Assembly (NCBI GenBank): GCA_963765765.1
Contig: CAVXYC010000030.1
Location: 128,001-192,000, forward strand
DNA: 64,000 nt
Direction: 5' to 3'
From: an uncultured Chloroflexia bacterium
GTDB lineage: Bacteria > Chloroflexota > UBA6077 > JACCZL01
Shown: positions 41,819 to 52,795 of the stretch, piece after piece
How positions within the stretch are numbered: position 1 is the stretch's first letter
Layout of the letters: the number at the start of each line of letters is the position of its first letter
Translations under genes and position numbers: made by a program
The notes under the pieces: model-generated
What the model saw: the letters and a program-made list of their open reading frames with translations, nothing else
Database searches by the model: none
Told to the model about the DNA's origin: nothing

Positions 41819-42985
41819 CTATCGCTGCGCCACTGGCTCCTTGAAGTACACCGATGAGCTCGGCAGCTCTTCGGGCTTGAAGCCAAAGAAGCGCGCCGCG
41901 TTATTCCCCAGAACCTTGCGTAGGCGAGTGCCATCGCCAGTGAGCGTCCGCGCAATGGTATTCACGGATTCAGGAAACTCGCAGTCCCAATGCGCGTAGT
42001 CTGACGCGTACATGACCTGGCTCTCGCCGACGAAGTCCAGAACGTAGGGCAGCGTCTGCTCCTCGGGCTCGCAGGTGAAGCTGACTTGATCACTGCGGAT
42101 GATTTCGGACGGCTTTCGCTGCAGGTCAGGCCACTGTGGCCGAAGCTTTTCCTGGTGCTCGTCAAGTCGCTCCATCCAGAAGGGAAGCCAGCCGCAGCCG
42201 CCCTCCATGAAGGCAACCTTCAGGTTGGGAAAGCGATCGAACACGCCCTCGCCAATCATGTGCATGAGCGCGATCATGAGCTCGAACGGAAAGGCGGTAA
42301 CGTGGACGTAGCTGTACTTCTCCATCCGCTCGCTGCCCGCGCCCATGACGCCTGAGACGCCGTATTGGCCGTCGTGACCCGTCTGCGGATGTACAGAAAG
42401 CGGAATGCCAAGCTCCTGCGCCGCCTGGTAGATCGGATCGAATCGACGATCACCGAGATTGATCCCGTACACATTGGTCGGCAACATCGCGCTGGCAAGC
42501 CCATGCTCAACAAGGAAGGCCAGCTCTTCCGCGGCTCGGCTCGGGTCCTGGCAGGGAATGAGCCCCACACCCTTGAGTCGCTTGGGGTCAGCCGAGCAGT
42601 AGTCAATGAGCCAGCGATTCACGGCGTGGCAGACGGCCGTCGAGAGCCCCTTGTCCTGGAGGCCGTTGACCGTGAGCGCGATGGACGTGCCAAAGATGAC
42701 CGCGACGTCTATGCCCTCTTCGTCCATGTCGGGCAGTCGCTTGCTCGCGTCGCGCATCCCGGGCCGTGAACCCACGATGTGCGGAGCAAACGGGCCGCTC
42801 ACACCTGGACCGAGGCCCTCGCTCTTGCCCCACACCCGACCCTCGAGCAGCATTCGAGGTTGGCCCAGATTGTCAGTGATTTTCCTGGGCGCTCGACTTA
42901 CATACTCCGCGGGCAGCCAATCCGCCAGTCCATCCTCTGGCTCCTGGCAATGGCCGTCGGCGTCGATAACAAGGTCAATGGGCAT
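41819..42985 (-). CDS. Amidohydrolase family protein (Amidohydro_2)
   Basis: IDADGH, DMD.EGID, SVHP, FMEGGCGWLP, ASDYAHWD. Confidence 0.92.
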   Translation of the reverse strand: MPIDLVIDADGHCQEPEDGLADWLPAEYVSRAPRKITDNLGQPRMLLEGRVWGKSEGLGPGVSGPFAPHIVGSRPGMRDASKRLPDMDEEGIDVAVIFGTSIALTVNGLQDKGLSTAVCHAVNRWLIDYCSADPKRLKGVGLIPCQDPSRAAEELAFLVEHGLASAMLPTNVYGINLGDRRFDPIYQAAQELGIPLSVHPQTGHDGQYGVSGVMGAGSERMEKYSYVHVTAFPFELMIALMHMIGEGVFDRFPNLKVAFMEGGCGWLPFWMERLDEHQEKLRPQWPDLQRKPSEIIRSDQVSFTCEPEEQTLPYVLDFVGESQVMYASDYAHWDCEFPESVNTIARTLTGDGTRLRKVLGNNAARFFGFKPEELPSSSVYFKEPVAQR

Positions 42986-43007
42986 CAGAGTCCTCCGAGG
43001 GGCTGCC

Positions 43008-43397
43008 TCAGTGCTCTTGCTGGTCTTCTAGCGTGTAGAGCTGGAGGCGATGGCCGTCTGGGTCTTCAAAATAGACGCAGTCCTCGTCACCTGGGCGACC
43101 GTGAACCTTGATTCCCTGCGCTTCGAGCGCCGCTTTCACGCCGGCCTTGGTTCCGTCAGCCATGCGGAGAGCTAGATGATTCACCGCGGTGCTCGTGTCC
43201 AGCGTCTGGCCTTCAGGAAGCGTAAATAGCCCAAGCTGGTTGCTGCCGGCGCGAAGGAACACCTGCCGCCCCCGATCGCGATCGATCTCGAAGCCCAGAA
43301 TGTCGCAGTAAAACCGTTTCGAGCGCTCGACGTCGTTGACGTGCAGGACGATGTGGTCGAGTCCGGTAACCTGGACCACCGGTTTTGCTTCGATCAT
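43008..43397 (-). CDS. VOC/glyoxalase family protein
   Basis: LDHIVLHVNDVERS..FY, NHLAL, YFEDPDGH. Confidence 0.9.
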   Translation of the reverse strand: MIEAKPVVQVTGLDHIVLHVNDVERSKRFYCDILGFEIDRDRGRQVFLRAGSNQLGLFTLPEGQTLDTSTAVNHLALRMADGTKAGVKAALEAQGIKVHGRPGDEDCVYFEDPDGHRLQLYTLEDQQEH

Positions 43398-43486
43398 GGC
43401 AGTGTTCCTCTCTTCTCGTGGACCTCTCACACAGGCGTACAATAGCACCCAACGGAGCCCGTATCAACGATCTCAGGAGACAAAAC

Positions 43487-44059
43487 ATGGCCGTAAGTGA
43501 ACGCACGTCGGTGGTCCAGGTGATCGGTCTGCACCACGCCGGTCTCCCCTGTAACGACTTGGATCGCGCTGTGGACTTCTATACGCGAGTGCTTGGCTTT
43601 GAGCATCTCCGGTCCAATAAGAGTCCGGATGACCGAGGGCATTTTCTGGGCAACGCAACCCCGCCAGAATTCCAGGTTGACGACCCCGTTGCGCAGGCTG
43701 ATTTCGACGAGTATGTCGCGAGCTTCCAGCGTCAGTATCCGGGCGAAACCCCGGCAAGCAATTTTGCTCGCATGCGCGCAGGAAATTTCGAGCTGGTTCT
43801 CTTCAAGCGCCTCAAGCCTACGGATGCGCCCAAGCAGACCGAGGTGGGCATCTTCCATACCTCCCTGCATGTCTCCAAGGCGGACCTCGATCGACTGATT
43901 GAGCTCAAGGAGCAGGGCGACAGCGGAATCAACTTCCACAATGGACCAGTACTCCGCTGGCCACATGGTCGAGCAATGTACCTCTGGGATACCGAGGGTA
44001 ACTACATCGAGCTGGAATCAGAGGAAGATCTGCCGGCTGCGTTTGGCGCGGCGCACTAA
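43487..44059 (+). CDS. VOC/glyoxalase family protein with an internal insertion
   Basis: LHHAGL..NDLDRA..FY, FHTSL, YLWDTEGNYIEL; AGGAG SD. Confidence 0.88.
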   Translation: MAVSERTSVVQVIGLHHAGLPCNDLDRAVDFYTRVLGFEHLRSNKSPDDRGHFLGNATPPEFQVDDPVAQADFDEYVASFQRQYPGETPASNFARMRAGNFELVLFKRLKPTDAPKQTEVGIFHTSLHVSKADLDRLIELKEQGDSGINFHNGPVLRWPHGRAMYLWDTEGNYIELESEEDLPAAFGAAH

Positions 44060-44077
44060 GGGCGGTTTCTCTTCAAA

Positions 44078-44170
44078 GGGAGGCCCTACCCCAGCCCTCC
44101 CGCTCAGAATCTATCCAGATTCGACCCCCTCCCCGCGCACGGGGAGGGCTGGGGTAGGGTTCCTCCCCAG
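44078..44170. repeat. REP-like element, CCCTACCCCAGCCCTCCC family (copy 2)
   Basis: CCCTACCCCAGCCCTCCC ... GGGAGGGCTGGGGTAGGG inverted arms; matches the 6592 copy. Confidence 0.8.
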
Positions 44171-44269
44171 CTTGATCCGCATCAGGAAACCCCGAGGGAA
44201 ACGCCAGAACGCTCCCTAGATGCACTGTGCGGGTCGATGCCGCAGCTGAGGCTCGGCTCTGCGAGCTAG

Positions 44270-44500
44270 TCAGGGATAAATCGGCCGGCCGTGCTGGTCC
44301 AGCAGCACTATGGCCGCACAAGGACAATCCTTGGCGACGGCGTAGAGGGATGCTTGATCCATCGTTTGCCCGTCAGGGTCGATGACAGTGCTGAGCTTTT
44401 CTTCATCGAGTTGAAAGACGCTCGGGGCGTTCGCGACGCAGCATCCAGTTCCGATGCATCGAGCGCGATCCACCGTGACCTTCATCACTGAAACCTGCAT
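44270..44500 (-). CDS. Ferredoxin (Fer4_13/15 type, P450-partner-like)
   Basis: VD..RCIGTGCC...AP.VF ... CP..AI. Confidence 0.88.
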   Translation of the reverse strand: MQVSVMKVTVDRARCIGTGCCVANAPSVFQLDEEKLSTVIDPDGQTMDQASLYAVAKDCPCAAIVLLDQHGRPIYP

Positions 44501-44693
44501 GAACGTGCCTTTCGGGGGCGTCAGCCGACCTGATCGGATTGTAGCACCGCCTTCTCCAGGTCGCTAAGCAATACGTGCCTGAATAGGTCCGCGAAACGAA
44601 CTGACGCGACATCGTAATCCAAATCAGCATGGTTGCGCTGGCACGGTCTGTGCGAATTCAGTAGCTTCTGGTCGAAGCACAGGGAGGTGCGGC

Positions 44694-45074
44694 ATGATCA
44701 GCCAGGCACATTCGAGCACTGTCCGCACGCGAAGCGCCGCCGAAGAAGTGCTTCACCATCTGGAGTCATGGTGGCGGCATAGTGTGGTCGAGCGAGGAAA
44801 CGACTTCTCCGGGGATGCCCGTTTTCACCTGGGCCAGGCTCGCCGATCATTGGATCACGGCGACTGTATCAAGGCAGAGCGTGAAGCAGCCAGAGCGCTG
44901 GAGCTCGATAGCGTCAGCCCTTGGGCGCTTGTCGTACTCGGACGGTGCGCGCTCGCCCAGCATCGACCAAACGATGCGGTCGTTGCCTTTTCGCGCGCAC
45001 AACGCCGCGCGCCCCGCAACGGCTACATCACCGCGCTTCTTCGAAAGGCGTACAGCGCGACGAGTGATGAGTAA
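44694..45074 (+). CDS. Small TPR-like protein
   Basis: GGAGG SD; A..ALELD..SPWALVVLG..AL...A...F.RA...AP helical repeat pattern. Confidence 0.6.
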   Translation: MISQAHSSTVRTRSAAEEVLHHLESWWRHSVVERGNDFSGDARFHLGQARRSLDHGDCIKAEREAARALELDSVSPWALVVLGRCALAQHRPNDAVVAFSRAQRRAPRNGYITALLRKAYSATSDE

Positions 45075-45143
45075 TGGGTCATAAGAAATAAGTGGACCGT
45101 GTGTGCCGCTACTCATTATTCATGACCCATCACTCATCACTCG
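45061..45143. repeat. Heptamer-built 22-bp inverted repeat between convergent genes
   Basis: CGAGTGATGAGTAATGGGTCAT / ATGACCCATCACTCATCACTCG (21 of 22 complementary). Confidence 0.75.
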
Positions 45144-45158
45144 TGTGACTCGCCTGAC

Positions 45159-45449
45159 CTACCTCGTCCTGTTGTAAACGTAATCCTCTCGAGTCGCTTC
45201 ACCGGCCCGCAGGTCGGGATTGATTGAGGCTCGGGTCTTATTGACTTCTGAGTGCACGGCCAGGGCTTCTTCGTCGGCCCAATGCTCCAGGATCACCAGC
45301 TTATCGGGATCGAGTGTGCTCTGGAATAGCTCGAACTGAATGCAGCCGGGCTCCTTTTGCACGTCGAGACACCGTTCCTTATAGGCCGATGCCAGCTCAC
45401 CACCTTTTCCGGGCGTGGCGGTGATGCTGATGATGAGACGAACAGCCAT
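45159..45449 (-). CDS. ABM family (putative quinol monooxygenase)
   Basis: PGKG.E, EPGC..FE, LEHW.DEEAL..H. Confidence 0.88.
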   Translation of the reverse strand: MAVRLIISITATPGKGGELASAYKERCLDVQKEPGCIQFELFQSTLDPDKLVILEHWADEEALAVHSEVNKTRASINPDLRAGEATREDYVYNRTR

Positions 45450-45674
45450 GAAATCTCCTTCCGGACGCTCTAGCGCTGCTGCGCCGAGCATGCGCTAGCA
45501 TACAGCGCAATCGCGCCAGAAGGGGCCCATACAAGCAATAACAGCGACGAACGCTGGAAGGGGCTTCGCCTGGCCGGAGTCCAGGCTTCTATCGAGGGCT
45601 ATGGCAGGCTTTTCTCCGTACCACGTGATGCCTGATACGCGGTCCGCCACACGACCCATCGTGAGAAAAGAGGA

Positions 45675-46667
45675 TTGACCATGCGCTACCGGCCGCTGGG
45701 CTCAACCGGCGTGAGCATTTCTGAGATTGGCGTAGGCTGCGGCGGCACCAGTGGTCTCATGGGCCGCGGTAGCGCGGAGCAGCGCCGCGCGGTCGTGTCG
45801 CGTGCGCTGGAGCTGGGAATCAACTACTTCGATACGGCCCCGGCTTACGATGGGACGCGCTCGGAGACTGGCCTGGGCGAGACCCTGAAGGAGCTCGGCG
45901 CTCGCCCGATCATCGGGACAAAGGTTCGCCTCGAGCCATCGGACCTGGTCGATATCCCGGGCGCGGTGACAAAGTCGGTCGAAGACAGCTTGCGTCGCCT
46001 ACAGGTGGAAACCATCGATCTCCTTCAGGTTCACAATCGCCCGGGGATGGCGCTGCGTGCGTGGGACCATGATGTCCTGGGCGTGAACGAGCTGCTTGGA
46101 CCACGAGGCGTGGTGGAGACGCTCGAGCGCCTGCGTGAGCAGGGGAAGATTCAACACATTGGCTTTACTGCGATCGGGGAAGTCACGGCTTTCGACGCGC
46201 TGGTGGAGAGCGGTCGACTGGAGGCGGTCCAGTCCTATTTCAATCTTTTGAATCCCAGCGCGGGCATGCACGTCCCGGTCGGATTCCGAGGCGCGGATTA
46301 CGGGATGATCATCGAGCGCGCCGGCGCGAAGGGCCTGGGCGTACTGGTGATTCGTGCGCTGGCTGCCGGCGCCCTTACCTCGCTGACCGCGCTCCATCCG
46401 TTAGCAGGCGGATGGTCACAGCGAGCCTCCCATGAGGTGGAGGCAGACAGAGCTCGTGCGCGGTCGCTCTCCTGGCTGCTAGAGGGCACGGACGACACTA
46501 TCTCCCAGGTGGCGCTCAGATTTGCCCTAACCAAGCCGGAAACTTCCACCGTGCTGGTCGGATTCTCGGATGTCAGCCAGGTGGACGAGGCATGTGCGGT
46601 GTCTGGTAAGCCTCCCATCCCGACTGAGCATCTGGAGAAGCTGAAGGGCTTCTACTTCGCGGACTGA
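45675..46667 (+). CDS. Aldo/keto reductase
   Basis: YRPLGSTG..ISEIG.G, GINYFDTA..Y, TK, SL.RL..E.IDL.QVH. Confidence 0.93.
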   Translation: MTMRYRPLGSTGVSISEIGVGCGGTSGLMGRGSAEQRRAVVSRALELGINYFDTAPAYDGTRSETGLGETLKELGARPIIGTKVRLEPSDLVDIPGAVTKSVEDSLRRLQVETIDLLQVHNRPGMALRAWDHDVLGVNELLGPRGVVETLERLREQGKIQHIGFTAIGEVTAFDALVESGRLEAVQSYFNLLNPSAGMHVPVGFRGADYGMIIERAGAKGLGVLVIRALAAGALTSLTALHPLAGGWSQRASHEVEADRARARSLSWLLEGTDDTISQVALRFALTKPETSTVLVGFSDVSQVDEACAVSGKPPIPTEHLEKLKGFYFAD

Positions 46668-46810
46668 CCGGCAGAGCCGCACCCCGTGAGGGTGCGGCTT
46701 CCTCACGGGGGCGGCTCGGAGGCCGGTTGGTATGGGTGGACTGTTCGAGATGTATTTGCCGATCCGCTATGTGCGATCCGCGCTACGATACGGACCACGG
46801 AGGTAGACGG

Positions 46811-47356
46811 ATGGCACGCTTAGAGGCAATCACCAGGCGAGAGCAGGTGGCTCCCGAACATCAGGCGACCTTTGATGCAATCGTGGCAAGCCGAGGCACG
46901 GTGCAGGGGCCGTTCACCATGCTGATGCATCACCCTGAGCTCGCCGAACGCGTGGGCGAGCTGGGAGCATTGATACGGTTCGAGGGCACTTTGGACATGC
47001 GCGCCCGCGTGCTGGCAGCTATGACTGTGGCACGCGAATTCGAGGCAATGTACATATGGGGAGCACAGACTTCTGGAGCCAGGAAGCTTGGCGTTCCGGA
47101 ATCCACGATTGACGCCATTCGCGAGAAGCACAGTCGCGGGCTCTCAGCGGAAGATGCTCAGGTTGTGGACTACACACGACAGCTGCTTAGCAAGCATCGT
47201 ATTGATGATGCGACTTTCAACACCCTGGCAGACCGATTCGGAAAGCAGGATTTACTTCAGCTCGCGTGTACCGTCGGCTACTACAGCTTCCTCTCAATGG
47301 CGGCGAACACCGTGGAGCTGGATGTGGGCCCGGACGCGGAAGTCCTGAATGTGTGA
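46811..47356 (+). CDS. Carboxymuconolactone decarboxylase/AhpD-like protein
   Basis: GPF..L.H.PELA, Y.W..., VGYY motifs; GGAGG SD. Confidence 0.8.
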   Translation: MARLEAITRREQVAPEHQATFDAIVASRGTVQGPFTMLMHHPELAERVGELGALIRFEGTLDMRARVLAAMTVAREFEAMYIWGAQTSGARKLGVPESTIDAIREKHSRGLSAEDAQVVDYTRQLLSKHRIDDATFNTLADRFGKQDLLQLACTVGYYSFLSMAANTVELDVGPDAEVLNV

Positions 47357-47412
47357 GTTGCAGCGGGCGATCGTCCCGGGCACCTTCGATTCAATACAAT
47401 TGGAGCCGGGAA

Positions 47413-48400
47413 TCAGGACCCGACGAGACCCAGCTTCTGGACCACCGGTCCATAGAATGCGTAGTCGTTCGCGAGCTGCTTTTGCGCGTCCGCGGAATTG
47501 CGGTAATCCACCGTCTGACCCGCGTCGTCCGCAAACTTCTTGAAGGCCGGATCGTCGGTGATCTTCTTGACCATGTCTTGAAGCGCCGTTATGACCTGGT
47601 CCGGCTGTCCCCTGCGGAGCGATCATCATGTGGTACTCGCTCCTGGTGATGTCATACCCTTGATCCTTGAACGTCGGCACGTCGGGAAAGAGAGCACTCC
47701 GCTTCTCGGCTGGCACACCGAGAATCCGAACAGTGCCCGCCTGCACGTGACCGATGACGCTGGACGCTGACGTCGTGGTGGCTTCAATGTGTCCACCAAG
47801 TACCGCGGGAATGCTCTCGCCACCACCGCCGAGTGGCACAAACGTGAACTCTGCGCCCGTTGTAGCCTTGAGCTCCTCAAGATCCAGGTGGCCTACCCCG
47901 CCGCGAGTGGCAATCCCAACTCGGAGTGCTCCCGGATTGGACTTGCCGTAATCCACGAAGTCTTTCATGTCCTTTAAGGGCGCGTCCGACTTCACGATGA
48001 CGACGGTAGTCCCCTCGGCGATCTTGGCAATCGTCTTATAAGACTCCGGCCCCTTGTAGGCCACCTCGGTGATGTGCGGCTGAATAGCCAAGGCCGCGGA
48101 TGTGGCATAGCCGAGGGTGTAGCCATCGGGTGCTCCGCGCAGTGCTTCAAGCACACCCACGGTCGCGCTACCGCCGGGTCGATTCACCACCGAGATCGGC
48201 TGGGTGATGTGGTCCTTCGACATGTCCGCGATCTTCCGTGCAACCAGGTCGGTGCTTCCCCCAGCCGCGTAGGGAACGATCATCGTGATTGGCCGCTCAG
48301 GGTATTTCGAGCTCCCGCCCCGAGACAAGCCTGGTAGGGAGCAGGCTGTCATCATGAGCGTTAGTGCTCCCAGCGCCAAGAATCGTCCATTCATCACCAT
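47413..48400 (-). CDS. tctC: Tripartite tricarboxylate transporter substrate-binding lipoprotein (frameshift near 47600)
   Basis: Lipobox-like MTAC, YPERPI..IVPYAAGGSTD..AR, N.PGG, PDGYTL, PDVPT. Confidence 0.9.
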
Positions 48401-48505
48401 ATTTCTCCTCCCACCATCGCACCTGAGAGATTCGATGGTACTCAGCCCGAACACCGCTGAACCGTTATTATGACCCGAGACGGGAATTGCTGAGCCAGGG
48501 CGTCT

Positions 48506-48599
48506 ATTGTCGACACTTATTGCAGTACCGTCAACCATTTGCTCGCTCATACTGTGACTATCGCAATCGCTTGACACTAGATTGTCTACAATCGACAAT
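48506..48599 (+). promoter_or_regulatory. Sigma70-type promoter with putative GntR operators
   Basis: TTGACA(48571)-N17-GACAAT(48594); palindrome ATTGTCTACAAT (48581-48592) in the spacer; second site ATTGTCGACAC at 48506. Confidence 0.6.
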
Positions 48600-48654
48600 T
48601 TACGCCGAAACCGACCCCCAAACGTCGACTGCATAGCCACCTTGGAGAGACGAC

Positions 48655-49939
48655 ATGCTGAGCCGTGAGGACAATGAGCTACTCACCCGCGTGGGACCAG
48701 GCACGCCGCTGGGCAATCTTTTCCGCCGATTCTGGCTGCCGGGAGTGAAGATCTCAGAGCTACAGCCCGACGGTCCTCCCGTTCGAACTCGAATTCTTGG
48801 TGAGGACCTGCTAGCGGCCCAATTCACGGACGGCAGCTACGCTCTTCTCGGGGTGAATTGCCCTCATCGCGGGGCATCGCTGTTCTTCGGGCGCAACGAA
48901 GAGGACGGTCTGCGCTGCGTCTACCATGGTTGGAAGTTCGACGTAAACGGCAACTGCGTGGACATGCCCAACGAGCCGCCAGAGTCAAACTTCAAGAGCA
49001 AGGTTCACCATACCGCGTATCCCGCGCGTGGCTGGGGTGGCTTCGTCTGGGTGTATATGGGGCCGACTGACTTGAAGCCGGAGCTTCCCGAGCTCGAGTG
49101 GGCACACGTGCCCGACAACCAGCGCAATATCGGACGATGGACTCATCAGGCCAACTGGCTGCAGGTGCTGGAAGGCGATATCGATTCATCGCACAGCATG
49201 TTCTTGCATAGCGCAATGGATCCAAGGCTCCAGCAACGGTCGCGCCGCTTTGGTGTGATGCGGGATCGATCGCCGGTGCTGGCCGTTCAGAATACCGACT
49301 ACGGAATTGTCTACGGGGCGCGATACAACACCGTCGACCAAACGCACAACTGGCGACTGACGCAGTGGATGATGCCTTCGCACACCATGATCGCCAGCAA
49401 GCAGTTCCCCGTGGGTGGCCGTGTCTACGTGCCGGTCGATGACGAGCATGTCAACATTTTCAATTACCGTTACCATCCGGAGCGGCCGTTCAATGAGGAC
49501 GAGCTTGCTTTCTATAAGACCCCGCTGGGTGTGCCCCGGAATGAGCCGGGCAAATTAAGGCTTTCAGACGGCACGCAGATCGACACGTTCGCGCTTATCG
49601 CCAATCGCGATAATGACTATCTGATTGATCGCGCAATGCAACGCACTGGGAATTACACGGGCATCGCCGGCATTCAGGAGCAGGACAAGGCCATGACCGA
49701 GAGCATGGGTGTGATCTGCAATAGAACCCGTGAGCACCTGGGGACGTCGGACGTTGCGATCATCGCTGTCCGCCGACGACTGTTGCGGCTGATTCACGAC
49801 CTGGAGGCCGGAATCGAGCCGGCGGCCGCCTCCACCGGGTAGAGCCTACAGCGTGCGATCACTCGACGTGGTGACCGAGCACCGCACCCTGCCTGAGGTC
49901 CTGGCCGCATTTCAATCGAATCTGCTCGCGGCCGTTTAG
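48655..49939 (+). CDS. Rieske oxygenase alpha subunit (phthalate dioxygenase/LigXa-like), C-terminal frameshift near 49840
   Basis: CPHRG..CVYHGW, EGDIDSSHSMFLH, EQD, REHLGTSD; AYSVRS tail in the next frame. Confidence 0.92.
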
Positions 49940-49947
49940 GCGATCTC

Positions 49948-50412
49948 TTGATCGCGCAACCTTATCGACTGGCCGTCCTCGTTGTATGCGGCGTGTGTGT
50001 CCTATTGCCGGGTGTATTTTTTCGAGGCACTTCGGTATCCCTGGCACGTTAGCCGCGCCCGGGCCGGGCCTCTATCCAATGTTCGTGGCGGCGTTGATCC
50101 TGATCGGCGCGCTCGGCACGGGAATTGAAGCGTTCAACCAGAAAACCGACGAGGCTTTGGACTGGCCGCAAGGCGCCGCGGCCCGGCGCGTGGCCATCGT
50201 TCTTGGCGCGGTGATCGGCTACATTTTGCTCCTTCTCTACCTCGGCCATGCGATCTCTGGGCACGCTGTGCGCCCTGGTGATCTTGCGCGCGATGGGTAT
50301 GAAGAGCTGGCCGCGAACCATAGGGCTGGCCCTCCTTGCGGGAGTAGGCTCCTATCTTTTGTTCACTCTTGCACTCGATGTTCCGCTGCCGGCCGGCGTG
50401 TTGTTGGACTAG
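49948..50412 (+). CDS. tctB: Tripartite tricarboxylate transporter small permease (frameshifted)
   Basis: PGPGLYP motif, hydrophobic helices, terminal VPLPAG, directly before tctA. Confidence 0.8.
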
Positions 50413-50415
50413 GCA

Positions 50416-51932
50416 GTGAATTCACTCGAGGGACTGCTCTACGGCCTGTCCGTGGCGCTCACCCCTGAGAATCTCCTCGCGGCGCTCATTGGCGGGCTCA
50501 TCGGGACGTTTGTAGGCGTGCTGCCGGGCATCGGCCCTGTGGGGGCCATGGCGATTTTGCTCTCGACAACCTCGGCGCTCCGCCCCGAGACGGCGCTGAT
50601 CATGCTGGCCGGGATCTACTACGGGGCGATGTACGGTGGATCCACACATCTATTCTGGTAAACGTGCCTGGTGAGGCGGCGTCCATTATGACGGCGGTGG
50701 ATGGTTACCAGATGGCTCGTAAGGGGCGAGCCGGGGCGGCGCTATCAGTTTCCGCGGTGGGATCTTTCATCGCCGGAACTATCGGTGTCGTCGGGCTGAT
50801 GCTCTTCGCCCGGCACCGGCGCAATCTGCGCTAGCGTTTGGACCGCGGAGTACTTTATGTTGGCGCTTCTGGGGTTGATGGCGCTGTCGCGAGTGTCCGG
50901 CGGGTTCGTCTGGCGGGGTCTACTGGCGCTGGGCCTTGGTCTCGCGTTCGCTACAGTGGGTACAGACATCGTTGCCGGGCGTTCTAGGTTTACGTTTGGT
51001 AATGTCCCCCTTTCGCAGGGCATAGAGATTGTTCCGGTCGCTGTCGGCTTGTATGGCCTTGCCGAAGTGCTCATTGTCGCAGAGCGATCGGGAGGAGTTG
51101 TAAGCGTGCTCGGCGTCAAGTTTCGCGAGCTCTTCCCATCGCTTGCGGAATGGAAGCGGGCCATGCCGCCAATTTTCCGTGGAACTTTTCTCGGATTCGC
51201 GTCGGTCTACTTACGGGCCATCTGGTGTGATCTCAACCTTCATGTCCTATCGCCTGGAGCGACGGCTTTCCAAGCACCGAGGAATTTGGACATGGTGCAA
51301 TTGAAGGCGGGCAGGACCAGACGGCCAACAATGCCGCCACCAGCGGCCACATGGTCCCGCTCCTTGCGCTGGGGCTCGGATTCGGCCCGTCCGTGGCCAT
51401 GCTGCTAGCCGCGCTTACCATGCAAGGCGTTCAACCTGGTCCGTTGCTCATGCAGCAGCGCCCCGAGGTGTTCTGGGGTGTGGTGGCGTCGATGTACGTG
51501 GGCAACGTCATGCTCCTGATTCTCAATCTGCCCCTTGTTGGAATGTGGGTCAGCCTTCTGAGGCTTCCACAGTCAGCACTCCTGGCCTTTATCACGATGT
51601 TCATGCTGATCGGCGCCTACAGCGTCAATAACAGCATGCTCGATCTGGTGATATTGGTGGTCATGGGTATGCTCGGATTCGTGTTCAAGAAGCTGCGCTT
51701 TGAGCTCGCGCCATTGGTGCTCGCTCTCGTTCTCGGTCCGTATCTGGAAAGGTCACTTGCGCAGAGTTTGATCATCAGTCACGGTGATCCGACAGTGTTC
51801 GCAACACGACCGATCAGCGGCGTGATGACGGCCCTGCTCGTTCTCATGGTTGCGTGGCCTTTGATCGCAAAGCTGCGCTCGCGCCCCTTCCGGATCCGTG
51901 GGCCCGGCGAAGAGACTTTCGGAACTGCCTAG
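50416..51932 (+). CDS. tctA: Tripartite tricarboxylate transporter large permease (multiple frameshifts)
   Basis: [50 protein letters not shown]. Confidence 0.9.
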
Positions 51933-51937
51933 TGACC

Positions 51938-52630
51938 ATGGCGAACGGTCAGGATAGTAGCGTCTTTCACTCACCGATCTCGCTGGTTGAGGAGACGGTG
52001 CGGGTGATCACAGACCGTATCATCCAGGGCGTGTTTTCGCCTGGCACTCGCCTGGTTGAAGAGCATCTCGCTCGGGAATTCGGTATTAGTCGACCGCCGA
52101 TCCGAGAGAGCTTTCGGGTGCTGGAGCGGGAAGGATTGGTAACCATCAGTCCACGCCGAGGCGTGCGCGTGCGAATGCTCACGGCGGATGAAGTGCGAGA
52201 TGTTTACGTGTGCCGCGCGACTCTGCGCGGTCTTGCCGCGCGTCTGGCCGTGGAGCACATGACCGCAGCGTATCTGTCCCAGCTCGAATCCATCCTGATC
52301 GGGATGGAGCACTCCGCGGCAGCGTCAAGTGTGCCCGACTATCAGCAGCAGGTGGCCGAGTTCAATGAGCTCGTTGTGAGGGTCGGTGGCAATCGCGCGC
52401 TCGAGGAGCTCATCCGCACGCTCACAGTGAGAGCGCGGATGCTGAGCTTCGATGCGCTCTCCGCTCCGGGTAGGATCGAGAGCTCACTCCAGCTTCACCG
52501 TATGGTGCTGGAGGCATTCCGAATCGGAGATGGGGCCACCGCCGAGCGTTGTGCCAAGCGCTCGCTCGAAGAGTCTATTCCTATCGTCATGGCACACTTT
52601 CAAGCCGCTGAAGCAGGAGCAACGGACTAG
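51938..52630 (+). CDS. GntR family transcriptional regulator (FCD domain)
   Basis: PGTRL.E..LA..FGISRPPIRE..R.LE.EGLV. Confidence 0.93.
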   Translation: MANGQDSSVFHSPISLVEETVRVITDRIIQGVFSPGTRLVEEHLAREFGISRPPIRESFRVLEREGLVTISPRRGVRVRMLTADEVRDVYVCRATLRGLAARLAVEHMTAAYLSQLESILIGMEHSAAASSVPDYQQQVAEFNELVVRVGGNRALEELIRTLTVRARMLSFDALSAPGRIESSLQLHRMVLEAFRIGDGATAERCAKRSLEESIPIVMAHFQAAEAGATD

Positions 52631-52643
52631 CAGGCGCGTCAGC

Positions 52644-52729
52644 GCTTTGGAGTGCTGCGCGAGCGCCGCTTCCATCCGACGGGGATTATCGTTACCTGCC
52701 GAATCAGTGTGCCATCCGCACTCCAAAGC
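52644..52729. repeat. REP-like element (GCTTTGGAGTGC...GCACTCCAAAGC)
   Basis: 12-bp perfect terminal inverted repeat. Confidence 0.7.
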
Positions 52730-52795
52730 CTTGCCGCTTGTGTACTCCACAAGTAATCAGATCGGCACAATTTAGGAGTCCGCTTCCCAGGAGCA

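Noticed and set aside
48401-48640. Long N-terminal extension of TctC in the ORF track
   Set aside because: It covers the divergent promoter and operators; an SD and lipoprotein signal support a start at 48400
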